From: Candidatus Cryosericum sp.
GTDB lineage: Bacteria; Caldisericota; Caldisericia; Cryosericales; Cryosericaceae
DNA length: 10,606 nt
Direction: 5' to 3'
NCBI GenBank assembly: GCA_049699855.1
Contig: JBNAWM010000053.1
Span: 1 to 10,606, forward strand
Under the pieces are notes generated by a model. That model was given only the letters and a program-made list of their open reading frames with translations, did not search any database and had not been told where the DNA came from. How positions within the stretch are numbered: position 1 is the stretch's first letter; every line of letters begins with the position of its first letter. The translations under genes and the position numbers were made by a program. Shown piece after piece: positions 1 to 6,959 of this stretch.

Positions 1-2
1 GT

Positions 3-257
3 TTCAGCTTTGCCCTTGCACCGGCGGGGGTCTACGCACTGGCGCCGCACCTCCTGCGTGGCCGCGAGACCGGCCTGGGATATGGCGTCCTGGCGAGCCT
101 GCTGAACGTGGGCGTGCTGTTCGGCCCAGCCATCGGGGGCATTGTGCGCGATGCCACGGGAAGCTATCTTGCCAGCTTTGCCATGGCGGGCGCTCTCACC
201 TGCATCGGAGCTCTGCTGGTTCTGTTCCTGCGCCGTCCGGCCGCTGAAAACGTCTGA
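3..257 (+). CDS. MFS transporter, C-terminal fragment (5' end outside the window)
   Basis: Not in the ORF track. Manual translation from base 3 gives FSFALAPAGVYALAPHLLRGRETGLGYGVLASLLNVGVLFGPAIGGIVRDATGSYLASFAMAGALTCIGALLVLFLRRPAAENV*. GPAIGGIVRDATGSY is typical of the MFS TM11-TM12 region. The TGA at 255-257 overlaps the next ATG (TGATG). Confidence 0.85.
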   Translation, partial: FSFALAPAGVYALAPHLLRGRETGLGYGVLASLLNVGVLFGPAIGGIVRDATGSYLASFAMAGALTCIGALLVLFLRRPAAENV

Positions 258-1111
258 TGGCAGGGCGTTCCGGGATATCGGCACGTCGTTCCGAACTGCT
301 CCTGCTGCTCGCCGTCCTGCTGTGGTCGACAACGTTTGCCGTCATGAAGGAGAGCCTGGCCAGCATCTCGCCTGCCCTGCTGGTGCTCATCCGCTTTGCC
401 ATCGCCGCAGCCGTCGTCTACGTGGCATTCCGCAGGCGTATCGACTTCTCGTGGAGCAACCTGCTCAAGGGCCTGGCCATCGGCATTCCCGAGTACCTCG
501 GCTTCATGCTGCAGGTCACCGGGCTGACGATGACGACGGCGAGCAAGAATGCATTCATCACCGGCCTGTGCGTGGTTGTTGCCCCTGTGCTGTCCTTTGT
601 GTTCCTGCACGAGCAGCGCTCGTGGAAGGTCATCGCCGCACTGGCCGCGGCCGTCGCCGGCCTCTGGATCATCTCGTTCGGCTTCACCCTGCATGTCGGC
701 ACCATGGGCATGGGCGATTTCCTGACCCTGCTCTCGGCCCTCGCCTTCGGCGTCCAGGTGTTCATGATCCACCTTTTCTCGGACCACGAGTCCTTCTACG
801 CCACCACGTTCTTTCAGCTGCTGGCGGTCGCCGTCTGCTCCCTTGCGTACGCCCTCCTGACCCGGCAGACGCTGGTCGTGAACCCGGTCTCATGGCCCTC
901 GCTCCTGTACCTGGCCTTCTTCACGACGGTCATCACCCTGTTGCTGCAGAACCGCTTCCAGCATGATGTCACGGTGGCCAAGGCAAGCATCATCTACTCG
1001 CTGGAGCCGGTGTTTGCAACCCTGCTGGCCGTCCTCTTCATCGGCGAGCACATGGGACCCACGATCATCGCTGGCGGCGTCCTGCTGTTCACCGCCTCAG
1101 CCATTTCGTAG
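257..1111 (+). CDS. DMT/EamA family transporter
   Basis: 284-aa hydrophobic protein with two EamA-like halves (LLWSTTF...IRFAIA, LQVTGLTMTTASKNAFITGL, GDFLTLLSAL, ASIIYSLEPVFA). The start overlaps the upstream stop. Confidence 0.92.
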   Translation: MAGRSGISARRSELLLLLAVLLWSTTFAVMKESLASISPALLVLIRFAIAAAVVYVAFRRRIDFSWSNLLKGLAIGIPEYLGFMLQVTGLTMTTASKNAFITGLCVVVAPVLSFVFLHEQRSWKVIAALAAAVAGLWIISFGFTLHVGTMGMGDFLTLLSALAFGVQVFMIHLFSDHESFYATTFFQLLAVAVCSLAYALLTRQTLVVNPVSWPSLLYLAFFTTVITLLLQNRFQHDVTVAKASIIYSLEPVFATLLAVLFIGEHMGPTIIAGGVLLFTASAIS

Positions 1112-1122
1112 AAGGAGCACCG

Positions 1123-2409
1123 ATGCACCGCGAACTGCAGCGTTACTGGAACGTGCTCCGCCGCCTTGGCACCAACATGCGCCTTCTGCTAGTCGGCGCC
1201 GCGCTGCTGGGGCTGGGCAACGGCATCTTCATGACGTTCTTCAACCTGTTCCTGAAACAGGGAGGTCTGGGTGAGGCCTTTCTGGGCAGACTGAACTCGC
1301 TGGGGACCATCGGCTCCCTTGCCCTTGCCATTCCCGCCGGACTGCTGGCCACGCGCCTGGGCAGCAGGAAGTCACTGGCTGCCTCCGCCGCCCTGGTTGC
1401 GGTGTTCAGCGCCCTCCAGACAACCCTGCTGGTGCCTGCACTGCTCATCGTCCTGCAGATCGGCGTCTCGGCCAGCAGTATGCTGTATGGAGCCGCCTAC
1501 AACCCCGAGATGATGCGCAGTACCGATCCCGCTGACCGTCAGGCCGCCTTCAGCCTTGCCTTCACGGTGGGCACCGTGACATCCGTCATCGCCTCCATGG
1601 TGGGAGGACTCCTGCCGCGCGTGTTCGGGCACTTCGGCGCGTCGCCCCTGATGGCGCTCCGCCTCACGCTGGTCGTGGGGGCTGTCTTCATCCTCGCCAG
1701 CACGGCCGCCTTCCTGCGGCTCCGCGAACAGCAGGGCGGCGCCAGCGAACAGGCCCCGGATGCAGATGTCCATGACGCAGGCGAGCCGGAGATCACCTCC
1801 TCCTGGAAACGCTTCGCCGTCCGGTACGCGCTGGCCAACGTGATCATCGGCTTTGGGGCAGGTCTCAGCATCCCCTATCTCAACCTGTACTTTGCCGACC
1901 GCTTCCACGCCAGCACGGTGGTCGTGGGCAACCTGTTCGCCATGAGCAACGTCGTGCTGACCGTCGGCGTCCTGCTGGCACCCTGGCTGGTCCGGCGGGC
2001 GGGCCTCCTACGCACCATCGCCCTTACCGTGGGCGGCTCGCTGGTGTTCCTGGTCATCATGGCCTTCACGCGCAGCATCACGGTGGCGGCGCTGGCCTTC
2101 TGGATGCGCGCGGGACTGATGATGTGCTCCACGCCCGTCACCGACAAGTTCTCGCTGGAACTCGTCCCGCCCGAGCGGCGCTCTGTGGCCCACAACGCCT
2201 TCCAGATGGCGTGGACAGCATCCTGGGCTGTCTCGACAGCCCTGGGTGGCTGGCTGATTCAGAAGTCGGGGTTCACCCTTCCGATGGTCCTGACGGCTGC
2301 CGTCTACGGGACCTACCTCATCGTCTTTGTGGCGTCGTTCCGTCATCATCCGGCCATGCAGCACCCCGGCCGGGCGCCTCTGCCCGAGATCCCGAAGCTG
2401 ACTGACTAG
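1123..2409 (+). CDS. MFS transporter
   Basis: 428 aa with about 12 hydrophobic segments, a motif-A-like GLLATRLGSRKS and a polar central loop between two six-helix halves. SD AAGGAG at 1112-1117. Confidence 0.9.
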   Translation: MHRELQRYWNVLRRLGTNMRLLLVGAALLGLGNGIFMTFFNLFLKQGGLGEAFLGRLNSLGTIGSLALAIPAGLLATRLGSRKSLAASAALVAVFSALQTTLLVPALLIVLQIGVSASSMLYGAAYNPEMMRSTDPADRQAAFSLAFTVGTVTSVIASMVGGLLPRVFGHFGASPLMALRLTLVVGAVFILASTAAFLRLREQQGGASEQAPDADVHDAGEPEITSSWKRFAVRYALANVIIGFGAGLSIPYLNLYFADRFHASTVVVGNLFAMSNVVLTVGVLLAPWLVRRAGLLRTIALTVGGSLVFLVIMAFTRSITVAALAFWMRAGLMMCSTPVTDKFSLELVPPERRSVAHNAFQMAWTASWAVSTALGGWLIQKSGFTLPMVLTAAVYGTYLIVFVASFRHHPAMQHPGRAPLPEIPKLTD

Positions 2410-2431
2410 CGCTGGAGTGGCTCTCCCCTGC

Positions 2432-3154
2432 TCAGTCGGAACTTGTGCGCAGTGCCAAAAGCCTCCACGCCAGCAGCGCGGCTTCCCGTCTCGTCAGCGG
2501 CTTGCCAGCGTATTCCATGACATTGTCAAACCCGTGCTGGCGGCAGACAACGCGCAGGGTGTCGTCGCGCGCGGCGCCCACCATCTGCGCCTGCACCGCA
2601 TCCACCTCGCCCCCGAACCCTGCCGCGGACAACAGCATCTCGATGCCGTCACTGCCGCTCATGCGCTTCATGGGATCGAACGAAAGGTCGATGAGTCTGT
2701 CATCCAGATATGCATTGCGCAGGGAAGCGTACATCCAGTGCGCGCGGTCGATGCCCCAGGGCGGCGTCCTCGTCCCGCGGACCTTGAGATCAAACCAGAC
2801 GTGCCCGATCTGCGTGCGCGCCTGAAGGACCCTGTCCCAGGTGCTCCTCATCCAGGCGTAGGCACGGATCCAGCCCTGACTTTCAGAACCGGCAGGCGGG
2901 GTCACCAGCTGGGGCAACACCGTGCGAGGCTGCTGCAGAACACGCTCCAGCAGAACAACCAGCTCACCACCGTTGATCGTGCGGTCCAACTGGAGGTCGC
3001 CATCCGGCGCACCCCTGAGGATATGCAGGTCGATCAGCCGCTGGATGCGCGCATCCATGGGCACGGCCGGCTGGGCATGCGCACTGCCCGCACTGCACAG
3101 CAGGGCGGCCGCTGCCACCAGCAATGCGACCCACCGTCTGGCCGGGCTCCTCAT
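2432..3154 (-). CDS. secreted protein with degenerate S-layer homology (SLH)-like repeats
   Basis: Signal peptide MRSPARRWVALLVAAAALLCSAGSAHA. SLH-like segments: IQRLIDLHILRGAPDGDLQLDRTINGGELVVLLERVL, HWMYASL...FDPMKRMSGSDGIEMLL and KPLTRREAALLAWRLL. SD GAGGTGAG lies 6 nt upstream of the ATG. Confidence 0.65.
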   Translation of the reverse strand: MRSPARRWVALLVAAAALLCSAGSAHAQPAVPMDARIQRLIDLHILRGAPDGDLQLDRTINGGELVVLLERVLQQPRTVLPQLVTPPAGSESQGWIRAYAWMRSTWDRVLQARTQIGHVWFDLKVRGTRTPPWGIDRAHWMYASLRNAYLDDRLIDLSFDPMKRMSGSDGIEMLLSAAGFGGEVDAVQAQMVGAARDDTLRVVCRQHGFDNVMEYAGKPLTRREAALLAWRLLALRTSSD

Positions 3155-3238
3155 CGCGTTCTCACCTCAGTCCTGGACGTGCTCATGCGTCTTGTGCCTC
3201 CACCACTCGGCGTGCCGAACCGTGCTTGTGCAGTGTTC

Positions 3239-3266
3239 ATGCTAGCACCCGCCAGGGGTCTGTCAA
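3239..3266 (-). promoter_or_regulatory. sigma70-type promoter for the SLH-like gene
   Basis: The - strand reads TTGACA (3266-3261), a 16-nt spacer ending in TGc, then TAGCAT (3244-3239). This is a perfect -35 plus an extended -10, in the intergenic gap after uvrB. Confidence 0.7.
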
Positions 3267-3285
3267 GCCGCGGTCCCGGGCACGC

Positions 3286-5331
3286 TCAGCGGCCCTTGTG
3301 CCTGCCCATGCGTGGCATGAGGCCCGGGGCCTGCGCCTTTGGCAGCTTCTCGCCCGACAGCAAAGCGCGCAGTTGGGCTATCTTGTCGCGCAGGGTGGCG
3401 GCCTCCTCGAACTCCAGCGACTGAGCGTGTTCCAGCATCTCCTCGTTGAGCTGGATGATCAGCGCCTGCACCTCGGTGGGCGACATCCTGGCCAGCATCT
3501 CCTTGCCCAGCTTCTCGACCTCGTCGGGCTGGCGCCACGGCAGGTCGATGAGCTCCGAGATCGCCTTGTGGATCGTCTGCGGCGTGATGCCGTGCTGCTC
3601 GTTGTAGGCTAGCTGGTACTCGCGCCGGCGGCGCGACTCCGCCATGGCGCGGCTCATCGAGCCCGTGATTTCGTCCGCGTACATGATGATCGTGCCCGAT
3701 ACGTTGCGGGCGGCTCTGCCCATGGTCTGCAGCAGCGATGTCTCACTGCGCAGGAAGCCCTCCTTGTCGGCATCCAGGATGGCCACCAGGGAAACCTCCG
3801 GCAGATCCAGGCCCTCGCGCAGAAGGTTGACGCCTACCAGCACATCGATGTCGCCTGAGCGCAGCTGGCGCAGGATGTGCACGCGCGCCAGGGCGTCCAG
3901 GTCGCTGTGCAGGTACTGGGCCTTGATGCCCTCCTGCTGGAGATAGTCCGCCAGCAGTTCCGAGCTCTTCTTGGTCAACGTCGTCACCAGCACGCGCTCC
4001 TGCTTCTCGACCCGCCTCCGGATCTCGCTCATGAGATTAGGCACCTGATCCTTGCTGGGGCGCACCTCGATGACCGGGTCCACGAGGCCCGTCGGGCGCA
4101 GCAGCTGCTGGACCACCTGGTCCGAGACCTGGTACTCGTAGTCCGATGGGGTGGCGCTGACAAAGATCGCCTGTGTGACGTAGCGCATGAACTCGTCAAA
4201 CATGAGCGGCCGGTTGTCCAGCGCCGACGGCAGGCGGAAGCCGTAGTCGATGAGCGTCTGCTTGCGCTGGCGGTCGCCGTTGAACATGCCGCGGATCTGC
4301 GGGACGCTGATGTGCGACTCGTCCACGAACAGCAGGAAATCCTTTGGCAGAAAGCTGAGCAGGGTGTAGGGCTCCGACCCCGGAGCGCGGCCGCTGAAGT
4401 AGCGGCTGTAGTTCTCGATGCCGGTGCAGTAGCCCGCCTCACGCAGCATCTCGATGTCATTCTTGGTCCGCTCCTCGATGCGCTGTGCCTCGACAAACTT
4501 GTTCAGCGACTTGAAGAACTGGACGCGTTCCTCCATGTCCCGCTGGATGAGCGCGATGTACTTCTCGATGCGCTCCGGGCTGGTCACAAACTGCGCGGCA
4601 GGGAAGAAGATGAACTCCCTGTACTCCTTGATCACCTGGCGAGAGCCCAGATCGAACTCCTGGATCTTCTCGACCGTGCCGTCCACCGACAGCCGGATGC
4701 GGATGCCGGTCTCCGTCTCCTTGGGCATCACCTCCAGCGTCGACCCGCGCACGCGGAACGAGCCGCCCTTCCCCACGTCCTCCACCCGCTCGTAGCGCAG
4801 GCCGATCAGCGCACGGGCAATCTCATCGCGCTTCATGGCTGCACCCTGCGTCACGGTCAGCAGACCCTCGCGGTACTCCTCCGGCGAGTCCCAGCCGTAG
4901 ATGCAGCTCACCGAGCTGACCACGATCACGTCCTTGCGCTCGATGAGAGAGCGGATCGTCGAGTGCCGCAGGCGCGCGATGTCCTCGTTGATGTCGGCGT
5001 CCTTCGCGATGTACAGATCGATCGTCGGGACGTACGCCTCCGGCTGGTAATAGTCGTAGTAGCTGACAAAATACTCGACCGCGTTCTCGGGGAAGAATGC
5101 CTTGAACTCGCTGTAGAGCTGGGCGGCAAGCGTCTTGTTGTGGCTCAGGACCAGGACAGGGCGGTCGAACTCCTTGATGACGTTCGCCATCGTGAACGTC
5201 TTGCCCGAGCCCGTCACACCCACCAGGGTCTGGAAGCGGTCGCCCTGCCGGATGCCGGCGATCAGCTTGGCAATGGCCTCCGGCTGGTCCCCTGACGGTT
5301 CAAACGGCGCCTTCAGCTTGAAGATGCTCAA
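3286..5331 (-). CDS. uvrB: excinuclease ABC subunit B (UvrB)
   Basis: Walker [50 protein letters not shown] and the C-terminal UVR motif [11 protein letters not shown]. The N-terminus F.L...F.PSGDQP.AI is canonical, which supports the TTG start at 5331. Confidence 0.98.
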   Translation of the reverse strand: MSIFKLKAPFEPSGDQPEAIAKLIAGIRQGDRFQTLVGVTGSGKTFTMANVIKEFDRPVLVLSHNKTLAAQLYSEFKAFFPENAVEYFVSYYDYYQPEAYVPTIDLYIAKDADINEDIARLRHSTIRSLIERKDVIVVSSVSCIYGWDSPEEYREGLLTVTQGAAMKRDEIARALIGLRYERVEDVGKGGSFRVRGSTLEVMPKETETGIRIRLSVDGTVEKIQEFDLGSRQVIKEYREFIFFPAAQFVTSPERIEKYIALIQRDMEERVQFFKSLNKFVEAQRIEERTKNDIEMLREAGYCTGIENYSRYFSGRAPGSEPYTLLSFLPKDFLLFVDESHISVPQIRGMFNGDRQRKQTLIDYGFRLPSALDNRPLMFDEFMRYVTQAIFVSATPSDYEYQVSDQVVQQLLRPTGLVDPVIEVRPSKDQVPNLMSEIRRRVEKQERVLVTTLTKKSSELLADYLQQEGIKAQYLHSDLDALARVHILRQLRSGDIDVLVGVNLLREGLDLPEVSLVAILDADKEGFLRSETSLLQTMGRAARNVSGTIIMYADEITGSMSRAMAESRRRREYQLAYNEQHGITPQTIHKAISELIDLPWRQPDEVEKLGKEMLARMSPTEVQALIIQLNEEMLEHAQSLEFEEAATLRDKIAQLRALLSGEKLPKAQAPGLMPRMGRHKGR

Positions 5332-5969
5332 TTGTGACTCCCTTTGGTGTCAGGCACCAGCGTCTTCACATTTCGCCGACCAAGCTGTCGGTGGGTGTCC
5401 AGATTCGCCGGACGAGGCTTGCCGATGGATGCGCGCACGTAGGAGAGGAACGGACCGTGCAGATCCCCCGCCCCGCCACGAAAATCCACTGGCAGCCAAT
5501 CCATATCGAGCCACGAAGGCGGGGGAACAAGCCCCGCCATGGCAGCGCAGCTGGACCAGCGCCACTCCTCCGGTGAGTGCACCAGCCCGGCACGCACGGG
5601 ATTGAGCAACAGGTAGCTGGCAGCGTCGATCAGGTAGTTGTCATTCAGGACGAGACCCGACCAGTAGCGACCCTGAAACAGATGGCCCGATCGATCGTAT
5701 TTCCAGTTGAACCTTCTTGTGTAGCCCTGGTCCAGCTGCTTCATTCCCAGAGACAGGTTGGGCCGAGGGGTCTCCAGCAGGAGATGGTAGTGATTCCCCA
5801 TCAAGCAATACGTGTAGATCCTCCACCCAAACTCCGACACGACGTCGCTCAAAATCCCGAGAAAAGCCTTCCAGTCGGCTTCCTCGCGATAAATCATCTC
5901 TTGACCATTGCCCCGATTGGTCACGTGATAGACTGCTCCCTCATATTCAATCCGCAAAGCTCTGCCCAT
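5328..5969 (-). CDS. REP-associated-type HUH tyrosine transposase (RAYT, Y1_Tnp/IS200-like superfamily), possibly C-terminally shortened
   Basis: N-terminal R.LRIEYEGAVYHVTNRGN, HUH motif YCLMGNHYHLL, GHLFQGRY, catalytic Tyr region SYLLLNPVRAGLV and WRWSS. SD AGGAGG at 5983-5978, 8 nt upstream of the ATG. The stop overlaps the uvrB start (TTGA). Confidence 0.9.
   Translation of the reverse strand: MGRALRIEYEGAVYHVTNRGNGQEMIYREEADWKAFLGILSDVVSEFGWRIYTYCLMGNHYHLLLETPRPNLSLGMKQLDQGYTRRFNWKYDRSGHLFQGRYWSGLVLNDNYLIDAASYLLLNPVRAGLVHSPEEWRWSSCAAMAGLVPPPSWLDMDWLPVDFRGGAGDLHGPFLSYVRASIGKPRPANLDTHRQLGRRNVKTLVPDTKGSHN
5330..5370 (-). repeat. REP-like repeat copy A
   Basis: The - strand reads TGTGAAGACGCTGGTGCCTGACACCAAAGGGAGTCACAATT. 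Hairpin core at 5346-5358. Confidence 0.9.
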
Positions 5970-6000
5970 ATTCCATGCCTCCTACGTGCAGATAATCAAT

Positions 6001-6041
6001 CGTGAAGACGGTGGTGCCTGACACCAAAGTATGACACTATT
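6001..6041 (+). repeat. REP-like repeat copy B (3' part diverged)
   Basis: CGTGAAGACGGTGGTGCCTGACACCAAAGTATGACACTATT, 34/41 identical to copy A. Hairpin core at 6013-6025. It lies 49 bp before copy C. Confidence 0.88.
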
Positions 6042-6055
6042 CTGATAATTGTGAA
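6028..6055 (-). promoter_or_regulatory. candidate sigma70 promoter for the transposase and uvrB
   Basis: The - strand reads TTCACA (6055-6050), a 16-nt AT-rich spacer ending in TGt, then CATACT (6033-6028). It points toward the transposase start at 5969. Confidence 0.4.
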
Positions 6056-6090
6056 GACGACGGTGCCTGACACCAAAGGGATTCACAATT
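6050..6090 (+). repeat. REP-like repeat copy C
   Basis: TGTGAAGACGACGGTGCCTGACACCAAAGGGATTCACAATT, 38/41 identical to copy A. Hairpin core at 6062-6074. Perfect 9-bp outer arms AATTGTGAA (6047-6055) and TTCACAATT (6082-6090). Confidence 0.9.
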
Positions 6091-6958
6091 CACGGGACCA
6101 GCCGAGGAGGGTGTTGGGAGGGGCGGAGCCGCCGAACTCGAGGAAGACTTGCTCGACGTTCATGGCGTGGGGTTCGGCGTTGGCGGCTGGATTGCGGAAG
6201 ACCATGCCGGCACACGCGGAGGCGGCGTCCTGCACCGAGCCGCCTGCCTGCACGACGGGTTCGATGCGAGCGCGCAGACCGGCGAGGTACCGACGGTCGG
6301 CCGCGATGCGGCGCCGAATCTCGGAAGAACTGCGGGTGACGCTGCCGTGCCCGGGGACCAGCACACGGATGTCCATGGCTGCGAACAGGTCGAGGGTGCG
6401 CTCAAACGCATCGAGACGGTCGCTGACAAAAGGGATCTCGAGGTTGCTGAGCAGGTCGCCGGCCCAGAGCAGGGCGGAGCTGGTGTCGTAGAGGGAAGCA
6501 TGGTCGCGCGCGTGCCCTGGCGTATGGATCACGTCGATGGACATGCGGCCGGCTTGGATGGTTGCACCACGGTCGAAGGTGAACTCGGGTACGGGCGGCA
6601 CAAAGGGAGCCGTGACGGCGACGCCTTGTGCTTCGTAGAAGCGGCGGATGGCACTGCGCGTGTGCTCCAGCTCGAACGCCGTCTCCGCAAGGTAGGCCTG
6701 GTGGGTCACAATGCGCGCGCCAGGAAACCGCGCCGCGCCCAGCACGTGGTCCCAGTGGTGGTGGGTGATCACAACGAATTCGACCTCCAGGTGTTTCTGC
6801 TCGCAGAAGGCGGCGATGTCCTCGACCTCATCCGGAAGGAGGGCAGGATCAATGAGGGCAGCGTGCCTTCCGCTGTGCACGATACCAGTGTTCATGGCGT
6901 ACCCGCGGCACTTGGCCACCCACAGGTGCGGCGTCAGCGCCGCAAAGCGCAGGCTCAC
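6083..6958 (-). CDS. MBL-fold metallo-hydrolase
   Basis: Motifs ALID, THHHWDH (HxHxDH), HTPGHARDH, AGD and VPGHG. The GTG start is 1 nt after the hemolysin III stop. Confidence 0.92.
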   Translation of the reverse strand: MSLRFAALTPHLWVAKCRGYAMNTGIVHSGRHAALIDPALLPDEVEDIAAFCEQKHLEVEFVVITHHHWDHVLGAARFPGARIVTHQAYLAETAFELEHTRSAIRRFYEAQGVAVTAPFVPPVPEFTFDRGATIQAGRMSIDVIHTPGHARDHASLYDTSSALLWAGDLLSNLEIPFVSDRLDAFERTLDLFAAMDIRVLVPGHGSVTRSSSEIRRRIAADRRYLAGLRARIEPVVQAGGSVQDAASACAGMVFRNPAANAEPHAMNVEQVFLEFGGSAPPNTLLGWSREL

Positions 6959-6959
6959 C

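Larger units (their letters stand above)
5330..6090 (-). mobile_element. RAYT module bounded by 41-bp imperfect inverted repeats
   Basis: 5330-5370 and 6050-6090 are reverse complements at 38/41 positions and enclose only the transposase and a third repeat copy. Hand-counted 60-nt lines inside give 43-55% GC, against 67% for a uvrB line. Confidence 0.75.

Noticed and set aside
2410..2431. Intrinsic terminator between the convergent MFS and SLH-like genes
   Set aside because: Only a 4-bp stem (GGAG/CTCC) and no U-tract on either strand.
3216..3238. LexA/SOS box (GAAC...GTTC) near uvrB
   Set aside because: The half-sites are 14 nt apart, not 4, and the site is downstream of uvrB. No convincing SOS box is seen upstream of uvrB or the transposase.
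3877..5295. 472-aa + strand ORF
   Set aside because: Antisense shadow of uvrB caused by high-GC codon bias, with no recognisable motifs.
5330..5373. Integron attC site
   Set aside because: No RYYYAAC/GTTRRRY core ends, and no integrase or cassette organisation.
6001..6090. Mini CRISPR array
   Set aside because: There are only two direct copies with an 8-nt gap, a third copy is inverted about 630 bp away, and there are no cas genes. The adjacent RAYT explains the repeats better.
6047..6090. CRP-like (TGTGA...TCACA) or lac-operator-like (AATTGTGA) site
   Set aside because: The half-sites are 28 nt apart, not 6, and are the outer arms of the repeat unit.
6051..6491. 146-aa ORF starting MKTTVPDTKGIHN, resembling the transposase tail
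   Set aside because: The similarity is just the translation of repeat copy C. The rest is antisense to the MBL gene.
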